In this document: piece by piece, positions 47,520-57,274 of the stretch
Position numbering within the stretch: the stretch's first letter is position 1
How the letters are laid out: every line of letters begins with the position of its first letter
Position numbers and translations under genes: made by a program
Source of the DNA: Escherichia phage Ec_MI-02
Strand: one strand, 5' to 3'
DNA length: 64,000 nucleotides
Sequence record: OP856590.1
The notes under the pieces: model-generated
The model's database searches: none
What the model saw: the letters and a program-made list of their open reading frames with translations, nothing else
What the model was told of the DNA's origin: nothing

Positions 47520-47918
47520 TTATACTCTGTTACTGGAAGCCAGTTGTAGTTTTATCTGCTCAATATCATCAGGGTTATCGATGACTGAAAAGCGTATTTC
47601 TACTATCAGAGTATAATCATCATAAACTGGTATTACATTAACTGCTAATTTATCAATACGAGGCTCGTAGTTTCTTACTGCGCTTTCAATGTTCCGCTCA
47701 ACAGTATCAGCAGTAAGAGGAGTCATATTCTCAAAAAGCTGATCAGATAAATCGCATCCAAATTCTGGGTCAAATGGCCTTGACCCTTTCCTGGTTGTAA
47801 TAATTCCTAAAAGGCTATTTTTAATTGACCTTAATCCAAGGGATCTGGAAACGTCTTTGTCCCAATCCATTTTCATTTCTGGGTCAATGTCAGAATAAAG
47901 CTTATTAATATTTGCCAT
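47520..47918 (-). CDS. 25: baseplate wedge protein gp25
   Basis: 132 aa, same length as T4 gp25; overlaps the gene 26 stop. Confidence 0.92.
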   Translation of the reverse strand: MANINKLYSDIDPEMKMDWDKDVSRSLGLRSIKNSLLGIITTRKGSRPFDPEFGCDLSDQLFENMTPLTADTVERNIESAVRNYEPRIDKLAVNVIPVYDDYTLIVEIRFSVIDNPDDIEQIKLQLASSNRV

Positions 47919-48544
47919 TACAATAGCTCAAAGAATTCTTTGAGTCCTCTTATTACATGAGCGTGAGTTTTTCCACACTCTGGACACTTAATTGGAACAG
48001 CCAAATAAACAGTAGGCTTTAAAAGCATATCTTTTATAGCTACAATATCTGACTCTGTGATGATAGAATATAAATCTTCCAATTCTTTTTCATTTAAGTC
48101 TTCAATTGGAATGCTTTCACCGTTAGCATGAATCGTTTCTATACATGATACTATCATGTGGGCTATATTTTTATCATCAAAAATTTTAGGGTAATGGAAC
48201 TTAATTTTAATGTCACCCAGTGTATACCAGAGGTCTTCTGGTGCATCTATTTGTGTATGTAATAGATTTATATGGGTTGGTATTTCAGTTCCACAGGTGC
48301 ACTTCCAGGAGTTTTCGTGATTAACTTCTCCAAGAGAATGCGCCCATAAATGAATCAACAGTAGTTCTGATTCTTGGCGGTTTAAATCTTTTGCATTTGT
48401 ACAGTCTTTGATTAGCTTTTTAACGATCTCTTCTACTGAACCGTTCTTTTTAGCAGTAATAAGTTCTAGATATTCTTTAAGAGTAAATGCGCGACAGTTG
48501 ATTATTTTAGAACCAACTCTCACATCAAATTTGTATTCATACAT
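47918..48544 (-). CDS. 26: baseplate hub subunit gp26
   Basis: 208 aa, same length as T4 gp26. Confidence 0.9.
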   Translation of the reverse strand: MYEYKFDVRVGSKIINCRAFTLKEYLELITAKKNGSVEEIVKKLIKDCTNAKDLNRQESELLLIHLWAHSLGEVNHENSWKCTCGTEIPTHINLLHTQIDAPEDLWYTLGDIKIKFHYPKIFDDKNIAHMIVSCIETIHANGESIPIEDLNEKELEDLYSIITESDIVAIKDMLLKPTVYLAVPIKCPECGKTHAHVIRGLKEFFELL

Positions 48545-48565
48545 ATTTAGCTCCTTTATTTATCA

Positions 48566-48573
48566 TATTTATA
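48566..48573 (-). promoter_or_regulatory. T4 late promoter TATAAATA for genes 26-25
   Basis: Exact TATAAATA on minus strand about 21 nt upstream of the gene 26 ATG; interleaved with the plus-strand promoter. Confidence 0.55.
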
Positions 48574-48577
48574 AATA
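48570..48577 (+). promoter_or_regulatory. T4 late promoter TATAAATA for gene 51
   Basis: Exact TATAAATA 18 nt upstream of the gene 51 ATG. Confidence 0.6.
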
Positions 48578-48594
48578 GAATAAAAGGAGCATCT

Positions 48595-49344
48595 ATGGCA
48601 AACATTATTCGTTGTAAATTACCAGATGGTGTTCATCGTTTTAAACCATTTACGGTAGAAGATTATCGAGATTTTTTGTTAGTTCGAAACGATATAGAAC
48701 ATCGGTCACCACAAGAACAAAAAGAAATAATTGCTGATTTAATTGCCGATTATTTTGGAGACTATCCGAAGACTTGGCAACCATTTATATTTTTGCAGGT
48801 ATTTGTAGGGTCAATAGGTAAAACTAAAGTACCGGTCACATTTGTATGTCCAAAATGTAAAAAAGAAAAGACAGTTCCATTTGAAATATATCAAAAAGAA
48901 TTAAAGGAACCTGTTTTTGATGTAGCTAATGTTAAAATTAAATTAAAGTTTCCTTCTGAGTTTTATGAAAATAAAGCAAAGATGATTACTGAAAATATTC
49001 ATTCCGTTCAAGTAGATGAAATGTGGTATGATTGGAAGGAAATTAGCGAATCAAGTCAAATAGAACTTGTTGATGCCATCGAGATAGAAACATTAGAAAA
49101 AATTCTCGATGCAATGAATCCTATTAATTTAACATTACATATGTCATGTTGTAATAAGTATGTAAAAAAATACACTGATATAGTAGATGTGTTTAAGCTA
49201 TTAGTTAACCCAGATGAAATATTTACTTTTTATCAAATTAATCACACACTCGTAAAAAGTAATTATAGCTTAAATTCAATAATGAAAATGATTCCTGCTG
49301 AGCGCGGATTCGTATTAAAACTGATTGAGAAGGATAAACAATAA
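48595..49344 (+). CDS. 51: baseplate hub assembly catalyst gp51
   Basis: 249 aa, same length as T4 gp51. Confidence 0.9.
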   Translation: MANIIRCKLPDGVHRFKPFTVEDYRDFLLVRNDIEHRSPQEQKEIIADLIADYFGDYPKTWQPFIFLQVFVGSIGKTKVPVTFVCPKCKKEKTVPFEIYQKELKEPVFDVANVKIKLKFPSEFYENKAKMITENIHSVQVDEMWYDWKEISESSQIELVDAIEIETLEKILDAMNPINLTLHMSCCNKYVKKYTDIVDVFKLLVNPDEIFTFYQINHTLVKSNYSLNSIMKMIPAERGFVLKLIEKDKQ

Positions 49345-50519
49345 TGAGTATGTTGCAACGCCCAGGATATCCAAATCTCAGCGTTAAATTATTTGATAGC
49401 TACGACGCTTGGAGTAATAATAGATTTGTTGAATTAGCTGCTACTATTACCACATTAACTATGCGGGATTCTCTTTATGGCCGAAATGAAGGAATGCTGC
49501 AGTTTTATGATTCTAAAAATATCCATACAAAAATGGATGGAAATGAAATAATTCAGATTTCTGTAGCTAATGCAAACGATATTAATAATGTTAAAACACG
49601 AATTTATGGATGCAAGCATTTTTCCGTGTCAGTAGATTCAAAGGGTGATAACATCATTGCTATTGAATTGGGAACTATTCATTCTATAGAAAATCTTAAA
49701 TTTGGCAGACCGTTTTTCTCTGATGCAGGTGAATCTATAAAGGAAATGCTTGGTGTCATTTATCAGGATCGCACGTTATTAACTCCAGCAATAAATGCTA
49801 TAAATGCATATGTTCCTGATATTCCATGGACTAGCACATTTGAAAACTATTTGTCGTATGTCAGAGAAGTTGCTCTAGCTGTAGGAAGTGACAAATTTGT
49901 ATTTGTGTGGCAAGACATCATGGGAGTTAACATGATGGACTATGATATGATGATAAATCAAGAACCGTATCCAATGATTGTCGGTGAGCCATCTTTAATA
50001 GGTCAATTCATCCAAGAATTAAAATATCCATTAGCATATGATTTCGTTTGGTTGACTAAATCGAATCCTCACAAACGCGACCCAATGAAAAATGCTACTA
50101 TTTATGCTCATTCATTTTTAGATTCTTCATTGCCAATGATTACTACAGGAAAGGGCGAAAACTCTATTGTAGTATCAAGGTCAGGTGCTTATTCTGAAAT
50201 GACTTATAGGAATGGCTATGAAGAAGCTATTCGTCTTCAAACTATGGCACAATACGATGGCTATGCTAAATGTTCTACTGTCGGTAATTTTAACTTGACT
50301 CCTGGCGTTAAAATTATTTTTAATGATAGTAAAAACCAATTTAAAACAGAATTTTACGTTGATGAAGTTATCCATGAATTATCCAATAATAATTCAGTAA
50401 CTCATCTATATATGTTCACTAATGCAACGAAACTGGAAACAATAGACCCAGTTAAGGTTAAAAATGAATTTAAATCTGATACTACCACTGAAGAAAGTAG
50501 TTCTTCCAATAAGCAATAA
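49344..50519 (+). CDS. 27: baseplate hub subunit gp27
   Basis: 391 aa, same length as T4 gp27. Confidence 0.93.
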   Translation: MSMLQRPGYPNLSVKLFDSYDAWSNNRFVELAATITTLTMRDSLYGRNEGMLQFYDSKNIHTKMDGNEIIQISVANANDINNVKTRIYGCKHFSVSVDSKGDNIIAIELGTIHSIENLKFGRPFFSDAGESIKEMLGVIYQDRTLLTPAINAINAYVPDIPWTSTFENYLSYVREVALAVGSDKFVFVWQDIMGVNMMDYDMMINQEPYPMIVGEPSLIGQFIQELKYPLAYDFVWLTKSNPHKRDPMKNATIYAHSFLDSSLPMITTGKGENSIVVSRSGAYSEMTYRNGYEEAIRLQTMAQYDGYAKCSTVGNFNLTPGVKIIFNDSKNQFKTEFYVDEVIHELSNNNSVTHLYMFTNATKLETIDPVKVKNEFKSDTTTEESSSSNKQ

Positions 50520-50997
50520 AGAAGTTTCTATTCCTAAAATGGGTCTTAAACATTATAACATTTTAAAAGATGTTAAAGGTCCTGATGAAAATTTAAAACT
50601 TCTTATTGATTCTATTTGCCCGAATTTATCACCGGCAGAAGTTGATTTCGTTTCAATTCATTTATTGGAATTTAATGGAAAGATTAAATCTCGTAAAGAA
50701 ATAGATGGTTATACTTATGACATTAATGATGTTTATGTGTGCCAAAGATTAGAATTTCAATACCAAGGAAATACATTTTATTTTAGACCTCCTGGAAAAT
50801 TTGAACAATTTTTAACGGTGAGCGATATGTTATCCAAATGCTTGCTTAAGGTCAACGATGAAGTTAAAGAAATTAATTTTCTTGAGATGCCAGCATTCGT
50901 TTTAAAATGGGCAAATGATATTTTTACAACTTTAGCAATTCCTGGCCCTAATGGTCCAATAACTGGAATTGGTAATATTATTGGATTATTTGAATGA
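50464..50997 (+). CDS. 28: baseplate hub distal subunit gp28
   Basis: 177 aa, same length as T4 gp28; 56-nt out-of-frame overlap with gene 27. Confidence 0.88.
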   Translation: MNLNLILPLKKVVLPISNKEVSIPKMGLKHYNILKDVKGPDENLKLLIDSICPNLSPAEVDFVSIHLLEFNGKIKSRKEIDGYTYDINDVYVCQRLEFQYQGNTFYFRPPGKFEQFLTVSDMLSKCLLKVNDEVKEINFLEMPAFVLKWANDIFTTLAIPGPNGPITGIGNIIGLFE

Positions 50998-52766
50998 AAA
51001 AGCCACAAGAAATGCAAACGATGCGTAGAAAAGTTATTTCAGATAATAAACCAACACAGGAAGCGGCTAAATCCGCTTCCAACACTTTATCTGGACTTAA
51101 CGATATATCTACGAAGTTGGATGATGCTCAAGCTGCTTCTGAATTAATTGCTCAAACTGTCGAAGAAAAATCGAATGAAATAATTGGAGCAATTGACAAT
51201 GTAGAAAGCGCAGTGAGTGATACTACTGCTGGTTCTGAGTTAATTGCTGAAACTGTCGAAATTGGCAACAATATTAATAAAGAAATCGGTGAATCACTCG
51301 GAAGTAAATTAGATAAATTAACAAGTTTACTAGAGCAAAAAATTCAGACAGCCGGAATTCAACAAACTGGAACTAGTTTAGCTACGGTTGAAAGCGCTAT
51401 TCCTGTTAAAGTTGTTGAGGACGATACAGCTGAATCTGTAGGTCCTTTATTACCGGCTCCTGAAGCAGTTAATAATGATCCTGATGCTGATTTTTTCCCT
51501 ACCCCTCAGCCAGTTGAACCTAAACAAGAATCGCCAGAAGAAAAACAGAAAAAAGACGCATTTAACTTAAAATTATCTCAAGCTTTAGATAAATTAACAA
51601 AGACTGTTGATTTCGGATTTAAGAAATCTATTTCAATTACTGATAAAATATCAAGCATGCTATTTAAGTATACTGTCAGTGCTGCTATTGAAGCTGCTAA
51701 AATGACTGCAATGATATTGGCTGTTGTTGTTGGAATAGATCTGCTGATGGTTCACTTTAAATATTGGTCAGATAAATTTTCGCAGGCTTGGGATTTATTT
51801 AGTTCAAACTTTACTAAATTCTCTAGCGAAACCGGAACATGGGGTCCTTTATTACAGAGCATCTTTAGTTCTATTGATGAAATTAAAAAATTCTGGGAAG
51901 AGGGAGATTGGGGCGGTTTGACGGTAGCTATTGTAGAAGGGCTCGGAAAGGTTCTTTACAATTTAGGTGAACTTATTCAATTAGGTATGGCTAAATTATC
52001 TGCGGCAATTCTTCGAGTTATTCCTGGTATGAAGGATACTGCTGATGAAGTAGAAGGAAGAGCGCTGGAAAATTTCCAAAATTCTACTGGAGCATCTCTT
52101 AATAAAGAAGACCAGGAAAAAGTTGCGAATTATCAAGATAAACGAATGAATGACGATCTTGGTCCAATAGCAAAAGGATTAGATAAAATTGCTAATTGGA
52201 AAACCCGTGCATCTAACTGGATTCGTGGTGTTGATAATAAAGAAGCATTGACAACCGATGAAGAACGCGCAGCAGAAGAAGAAAAATTAAAGCAACTTTC
52301 ACCTGAAGAAAGAAAAAATGCTTTAATGAAGGCTAATGAAGCACGTGCCGCGATGATTCGTTTTGAAAAATATGCTGATTCAGCTGATATGAGTAAAGAC
52401 TCAACGGTTAAATCAGTTGAAGCTGCCTATGAAGACCTTAAAAAACGAATGGATGACCCGGATTTAAATAATTCACCGGCAGTTAAAAAAGAACTTGCTG
52501 CTAGATTTTCTAAAATTGATGCTACTTATCAAGAGCTCAAGAAAAATCAGCCTAATGCCAAACCTGAAACTTCTGCTAAATCGCCAGAAGCAAAACAAGT
52601 CCAGGTAATAGAAAAGAACAAAGCACAGCAAGCTCCTGTTCAACAAGCATCTCCTTCAATCAATAATACTAATAATGTTGTTAAGAAAAATACTGTCGTT
52701 CATAATATGACACCCGTAACGAGCACGACTGCTCCTGGTGTATTTGATGCGACTGGAGTTAATTAA
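50994..52766 (+). CDS. 29: baseplate hub / tail length determinator (tape measure) gp29
   Basis: 590 aa, same length as T4 gp29; ATGA overlap with gene 28. Confidence 0.93.
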   Translation: MKKPQEMQTMRRKVISDNKPTQEAAKSASNTLSGLNDISTKLDDAQAASELIAQTVEEKSNEIIGAIDNVESAVSDTTAGSELIAETVEIGNNINKEIGESLGSKLDKLTSLLEQKIQTAGIQQTGTSLATVESAIPVKVVEDDTAESVGPLLPAPEAVNNDPDADFFPTPQPVEPKQESPEEKQKKDAFNLKLSQALDKLTKTVDFGFKKSISITDKISSMLFKYTVSAAIEAAKMTAMILAVVVGIDLLMVHFKYWSDKFSQAWDLFSSNFTKFSSETGTWGPLLQSIFSSIDEIKKFWEEGDWGGLTVAIVEGLGKVLYNLGELIQLGMAKLSAAILRVIPGMKDTADEVEGRALENFQNSTGASLNKEDQEKVANYQDKRMNDDLGPIAKGLDKIANWKTRASNWIRGVDNKEALTTDEERAAEEEKLKQLSPEERKNALMKANEARAAMIRFEKYADSADMSKDSTVKSVEAAYEDLKKRMDDPDLNNSPAVKKELAARFSKIDATYQELKKNQPNAKPETSAKSPEAKQVQVIEKNKAQQAPVQQASPSINNTNNVVKKNTVVHNMTPVTSTTAPGVFDATGVN

Positions 52767-52774
52767 GGAATAAT

Positions 52775-53869
52775 ATGGCAATTGTTAAAGAAATAACTGC
52801 TGATTTAATTAAAAAGTCCGGTGAGAAAATTTCAGCCGGACAGAGTACTAAATCAGAAGTAGCAACTAAAACATACACTGCCCAGTTTCCAACTGGGCGT
52901 GCTAGTGGTAATGACACTACAGGGGACTTCCAGGTAACAGATCTATATAAGAATGGATTATTATTTACTGCATACAATATGTCATCTAGGGATTCTGGAA
53001 GTCTTAGATCGATGAGATCTAACTACTCTTCTTCATCTTCGAGTATTTTAAGTACAGCTAGAAACACTATTAGTAGTACAGTATCAAAACTATCAAATGG
53101 ATTAATATCAAATAACAATTCAGGAACAATAAGTAAAGCTCCTGTCGCAAACATTCTTTTACCGAGATCTAAATCTGATGTTGATACATCATCACACAGA
53201 TTTAATGATGTTCAAGAAAGTCTTATCAGCAGAGGCGGAGGTACTGCTACTGGTGTGTTAAGTAATATTGCTTCAACTGCAGTATTTGGGGCACTGGAAA
53301 GTATAACACAGGGTATAATGGCTGATAATAATGAACAGATTTATACGACAGCCAGAAGTATGTATGGTGGTGCTGAGAATAGAACTAAAGTGTTTACATG
53401 GGATTTGACTCCACGTTCAACAGAAGATTTGATGGCTATTATCAATATCTATCAATATTTTAACTATTTTTCTTATGGTGAAACGGGCAAATCTCAATAT
53501 GCTGCTGAAATAAAGGGGTATTTAGATGATTGGTATCGTTCTACGTTAATTGAACCTTTATCTCCGGAAGACGCAGCTAAAAATAAAACACTATTTAAGA
53601 AAATGACATCGAGCTTAACTAACGTTCTAGTAGTTTCAAACCCGACAATTTGGATGGTGAAAAACTTTGGTGCAACATCTAAGTTTGATGGAAAAACGGA
53701 AATATTTGGCCCATGCCAAATACAGAGCATCAGATTTGATAAAACACCTAATGGTAACTTTAACGGATTAGCTATTGCTCCAAACCTCCCTAGTACATTT
53801 ACTCTTGAGATTACTATGAGAGAAATTATCACGTTAAACCGTGCTTCTTTATATGCGGGGACTTTTTAA
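52775..53869 (+). CDS. 48: baseplate tail-tube junction protein gp48
   Basis: 364 aa, same length as T4 gp48. Confidence 0.93.
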   Translation: MAIVKEITADLIKKSGEKISAGQSTKSEVATKTYTAQFPTGRASGNDTTGDFQVTDLYKNGLLFTAYNMSSRDSGSLRSMRSNYSSSSSSILSTARNTISSTVSKLSNGLISNNNSGTISKAPVANILLPRSKSDVDTSSHRFNDVQESLISRGGGTATGVLSNIASTAVFGALESITQGIMADNNEQIYTTARSMYGGAENRTKVFTWDLTPRSTEDLMAIINIYQYFNYFSYGETGKSQYAAEIKGYLDDWYRSTLIEPLSPEDAAKNKTLFKKMTSSLTNVLVVSNPTIWMVKNFGATSKFDGKTEIFGPCQIQSIRFDKTPNGNFNGLAIAPNLPSTFTLEITMREIITLNRASLYAGTF

Positions 53870-54834
53870 TGTATTCTTTAGAGGAATTTAATAATCAAGC
53901 AATAAACGCAGATTTCCAACGTAATAATATGTTTAGCTGCGTTTTTGCGACAACTCCATCAACTAAAAGCTCTTCGTTGATAAGTTCAATTAGCAACTTT
54001 TCTTATAATAACTTGGGTCTAAATTCAGACTGGTTAGGATTGACTCAAGGCGATATTAATCAGGGAATTACCACGCTAATTACTGCTGGCACACAAAAAC
54101 TGATAAGAAAATCAGGGGTTAGTAAATATCTTATTGGTGCCATGAGTCAACGTACAGTTCAAAGTTTATTGGGCTCATTTACAGTTGGTACATATTTAAT
54201 TGATTTCTTTAATATGGCATATAATTCATCTGGATTGATGATATATTCTGTAAAAATGCCAGAGAATAGATTATCCTATGAAACTGACTGGAACTATAAT
54301 TCTCCTAATATTCGCATAACTGGGAGAGAATTAGACCCTTTGGTTATTTCATTTAGAATGGATTCAGAAGCTTGTAACTATCGTGCAATGCAAGACTGGG
54401 TTAACGCTGTTCAAGACCCAGTAACTGGACTGCGTGCTTTGCCGCAAGATGTCGAGGCAGATATTCAGGTTAATCTTCATGCTCGTAATGGATTACCTCA
54501 TACTGCAGTGATGTTCACCGGATGCATTCCAGTGTCAGTGAGCGCTCCTGAGCTATCATATGATGGAGATAACCAAATAACTACATTTGATGTTACTTTT
54601 GCGTATAGAGTCATGCAGGCTGGGTCGGTTGATAGACAAGCTGCGCTTGAGTGGCTTGAATCTGCTGCTATAAACGGTATTCAAAGCGTTCTCGGAAATA
54701 GTGGAGGTGTTACTGGATTATCTAATTCGCTTTCACGACTTAGTAGATTAGGGGGAACTGCTGGAAGCATTTCAAACATTAATACTATGACGGGAATTGT
54801 CAATTCGCAAAGTAAAATATTAGGAGCAATATAA
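53869..54834 (+). CDS. 54: baseplate tail-tube initiator gp54
   Basis: 321 aa; TAATG junction with gene 48. Confidence 0.93.
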   Translation: MYSLEEFNNQAINADFQRNNMFSCVFATTPSTKSSSLISSISNFSYNNLGLNSDWLGLTQGDINQGITTLITAGTQKLIRKSGVSKYLIGAMSQRTVQSLLGSFTVGTYLIDFFNMAYNSSGLMIYSVKMPENRLSYETDWNYNSPNIRITGRELDPLVISFRMDSEACNYRAMQDWVNAVQDPVTGLRALPQDVEADIQVNLHARNGLPHTAVMFTGCIPVSVSAPELSYDGDNQITTFDVTFAYRVMQAGSVDRQAALEWLESAAINGIQSVLGNSGGVTGLSNSLSRLSRLGGTAGSISNINTMTGIVNSQSKILGAI

Positions 54835-54838
54835 CAAT

Positions 54839-54866
54839 GGGGACCGAAAGGTCCCCATATTTTTAT
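54839..54866 (+). terminator. bidirectional terminator (GAAA tetraloop) between gene 54 (+) and alt.-3 (-)
   Basis: ggggacc-gaaa-ggtcccc followed by a T-rich tract. Confidence 0.7.
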
Positions 54867-55153
54867 TTACGGAATGAAATAAAAGCAGCAACTGAAGCAA
54901 CTAAGCTGTCTTCAATATAAACTTCAATTTTTACCGGAGCTTCTGACTCAAATTTACCTGTTACTACACCTTGGAAAATGCTTTCAGTCTGCTCTGGCTT
55001 TGAAAAATTTTCAGAAGGAAAAATTCCGAACTTTTTATCTGTTCCAAAAATTTTGATAAATTCATCATAAACTGCTTCATTAAAAGCGTTATCAGCAGGA
55101 ATAACGCCTTCAACTACAAGTTCTTGACCTAAAAAGCGTAAAGAAGATTTCAT
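54863..55153 (-). CDS. hypothetical protein (alt.-3-like)
   Basis: 96-aa ORF downstream of the alt genes. Confidence 0.65.
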   Translation of the reverse strand: MKSSLRFLGQELVVEGVIPADNAFNEAVYDEFIKIFGTDKKFGIFPSENFSKPEQTESIFQGVVTGKFESEAPVKIEVYIEDSLVASVAAFISFRK

Positions 55154-55213
55154 TTTGTGTTCCTCATGTTATGTCAGTAAAACTATTGTAACACAACACG
55201 AGGGACTTGTAAA

Positions 55214-57271
55214 CTACATCTTGAACTTTTTAGACATTCCGTTGATGTTAACCAAAGAAGCCAAGATTTGAGAAACTTCGTTTTCCTCTTCTTTTGATTC
55301 TTCTACAAGGAATTGATTAAACCCAGCCATTGGACGAACTTCACCAGTTTCCATTAGATGATCGCCATCATATACCGATTCTTCTAATTGTTCAGAAGGA
55401 GGAACGATTGTGCCTTCGATTAGATACTTATTATAAGCAGTTTCTTTCATCATGTACGTGCTCACTTTATTAATCTTCAGCAAAATTCCACGCGGTAAAA
55501 TAACTTCAGCTTCTGATGGAAATCCTGATAAATGACCTGGAACGATAACTTTGATTCGCTCAGCCCCTTTAATTACCATACCTACGCTAGTTTCAGCATC
55601 TTCATTAGCATATGCAGAATGACTACCCATATGCATTAAATCTTCAGCATCAACAGAACCTTCTCCTTCACCAGAAAATACTGCGCCGGAATCATCTAGA
55701 GCCATATAGTTTTTACCATGCTCACCGAAGATATTTGGTTTAAGCGATGTTGATACGAAGTTCTTGAAATAGAACATTTTATTTTCAATATTATGACGTA
55801 AAGTTTTAAAAGTAACTTCTTGTCCACGATAAAGCGTAGTTCCCGGAGGAAGAACTGATCCTTTGGCAAAGGCAGAATCCATTGTCTCGATGTGTTTAAT
55901 AGCTCGTTCCATGTATTCTTCACGGGTAGAATCTGGTTTACCCAAGAGGAACGAGTTCATTTCAACATATGAATCTGCACAATAATCTTCGATTACATCA
56001 GACTCAGCCTGAGTCAGTCCTTTTGGAGTTACTTCGGTGCTTGCATATTCATATGCCTGAGCAGCAGATTCATTAATCAATTTATAAATGCCATTCATGA
56101 CAAATTGAATAATAGCTACCTTTTCGTCTGGTGTGGCTTTAGAACCTTTAACTAAATCATTGATAATTTTCTTAATAACATCAAAGCTATTAGAAATATT
56201 AATGTCAGCGAGATCGCTCAAAATTTTATCGGTTTTATAATCAAAAAATTCTTTATTCTTTAAATATTCTTGAGAACCTTGATGTGTTATATCGCTCTGC
56301 AGTCTGATAGACGGATCACGTAAACGTGCATGGGCCAATGCAATATGATTTCGGAAGCTTTCTAGTTCATAATCGCTAGATTTAAAACGAGAAGCACTTC
56401 TCATACCACCGATAGCTCCTTTTCCGAAGTTTGAACCAATCTGAATAACACCAGAGTTCATTGGTCCTTCTGCTTTATATACCGGAACTTTAGATTCAAA
56501 CTCTTGATATTTCTTGGCAGCGAAGCTATCACCCTGAAGCGAAGCATCTACAGTAGAATATTGAGCTTGTGCTGCCAATCGACGACTAATTTTAGTTTTC
56601 TGAATAACAGCTTGATCCGTGCGCTTATCATTTTCTAAAGCAATAGAAGCAGCAACAGCAACAGCTTTAGGAACAGCATTACCTGTTTTAACATCTACAT
56701 AAACATCACCAACCTTTGATTCAACTTTTGTGAATAACTCAGTTGAAATAGGAGGTACACCTGGAATGTCTTCTAAATTGGCATTTTTACGGTAAACCAT
56801 AATATATGCATACTTTTTATCATAATCCCAGATTTCCTTTAAAAGAACATATCGACCTGCTCCTTTAGTACGTACTAAACGGTCAGCAATAACTTGCATT
56901 TGACGAGCAGCTCCATTTGTTTTACTTTTTAGTACGCGGAATAGGCATGCGTCAATTTTATACTGTTTCATTGTTTGAAGAGCAGTATCAAAAACCGCAT
57001 TAATGACACCAATTGGATTTCCACCCAAGTTTTTAAGTTTAACTAATGATAGTTTCTCATTAACACCTATCATTACGATATGCATCATTTTATCGCCTGG
57101 CTTAACGTTTTTATTTGTATCACCACCAGAGGTGTATGTACAAAATCTAAATCCAGGAAGCACACTTTCTTCGCCGGCTTGAATAGCAAAAATTTGAGGT
57201 ATTTTATGCTTAGGATTTAAGTTAACAATCGGCGCCGAAGCGCCGTCAAATAATTCTGTAATAAGTTCCAT
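55214..57271 (-). CDS. Alt-like ADP-ribosyltransferase, second full-length paralogue
   Basis: 685 aa; N-terminal ~200 aa collinear with the adjacent Alt; C-terminal ART signature R (TLYRGQ), S-T-S (FVSTSL), E-x-E (EAEVILPRG); central region divergent. Confidence 0.85.
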   Translation of the reverse strand: MELITELFDGASAPIVNLNPKHKIPQIFAIQAGEESVLPGFRFCTYTSGGDTNKNVKPGDKMMHIVMIGVNEKLSLVKLKNLGGNPIGVINAVFDTALQTMKQYKIDACLFRVLKSKTNGAARQMQVIADRLVRTKGAGRYVLLKEIWDYDKKYAYIMVYRKNANLEDIPGVPPISTELFTKVESKVGDVYVDVKTGNAVPKAVAVAASIALENDKRTDQAVIQKTKISRRLAAQAQYSTVDASLQGDSFAAKKYQEFESKVPVYKAEGPMNSGVIQIGSNFGKGAIGGMRSASRFKSSDYELESFRNHIALAHARLRDPSIRLQSDITHQGSQEYLKNKEFFDYKTDKILSDLADINISNSFDVIKKIINDLVKGSKATPDEKVAIIQFVMNGIYKLINESAAQAYEYASTEVTPKGLTQAESDVIEDYCADSYVEMNSFLLGKPDSTREEYMERAIKHIETMDSAFAKGSVLPPGTTLYRGQEVTFKTLRHNIENKMFYFKNFVSTSLKPNIFGEHGKNYMALDDSGAVFSGEGEGSVDAEDLMHMGSHSAYANEDAETSVGMVIKGAERIKVIVPGHLSGFPSEAEVILPRGILLKINKVSTYMMKETAYNKYLIEGTIVPPSEQLEESVYDGDHLMETGEVRPMAGFNQFLVEESKEEENEVSQILASLVNINGMSKKFKM

Positions 57272-57274
57272 GAT

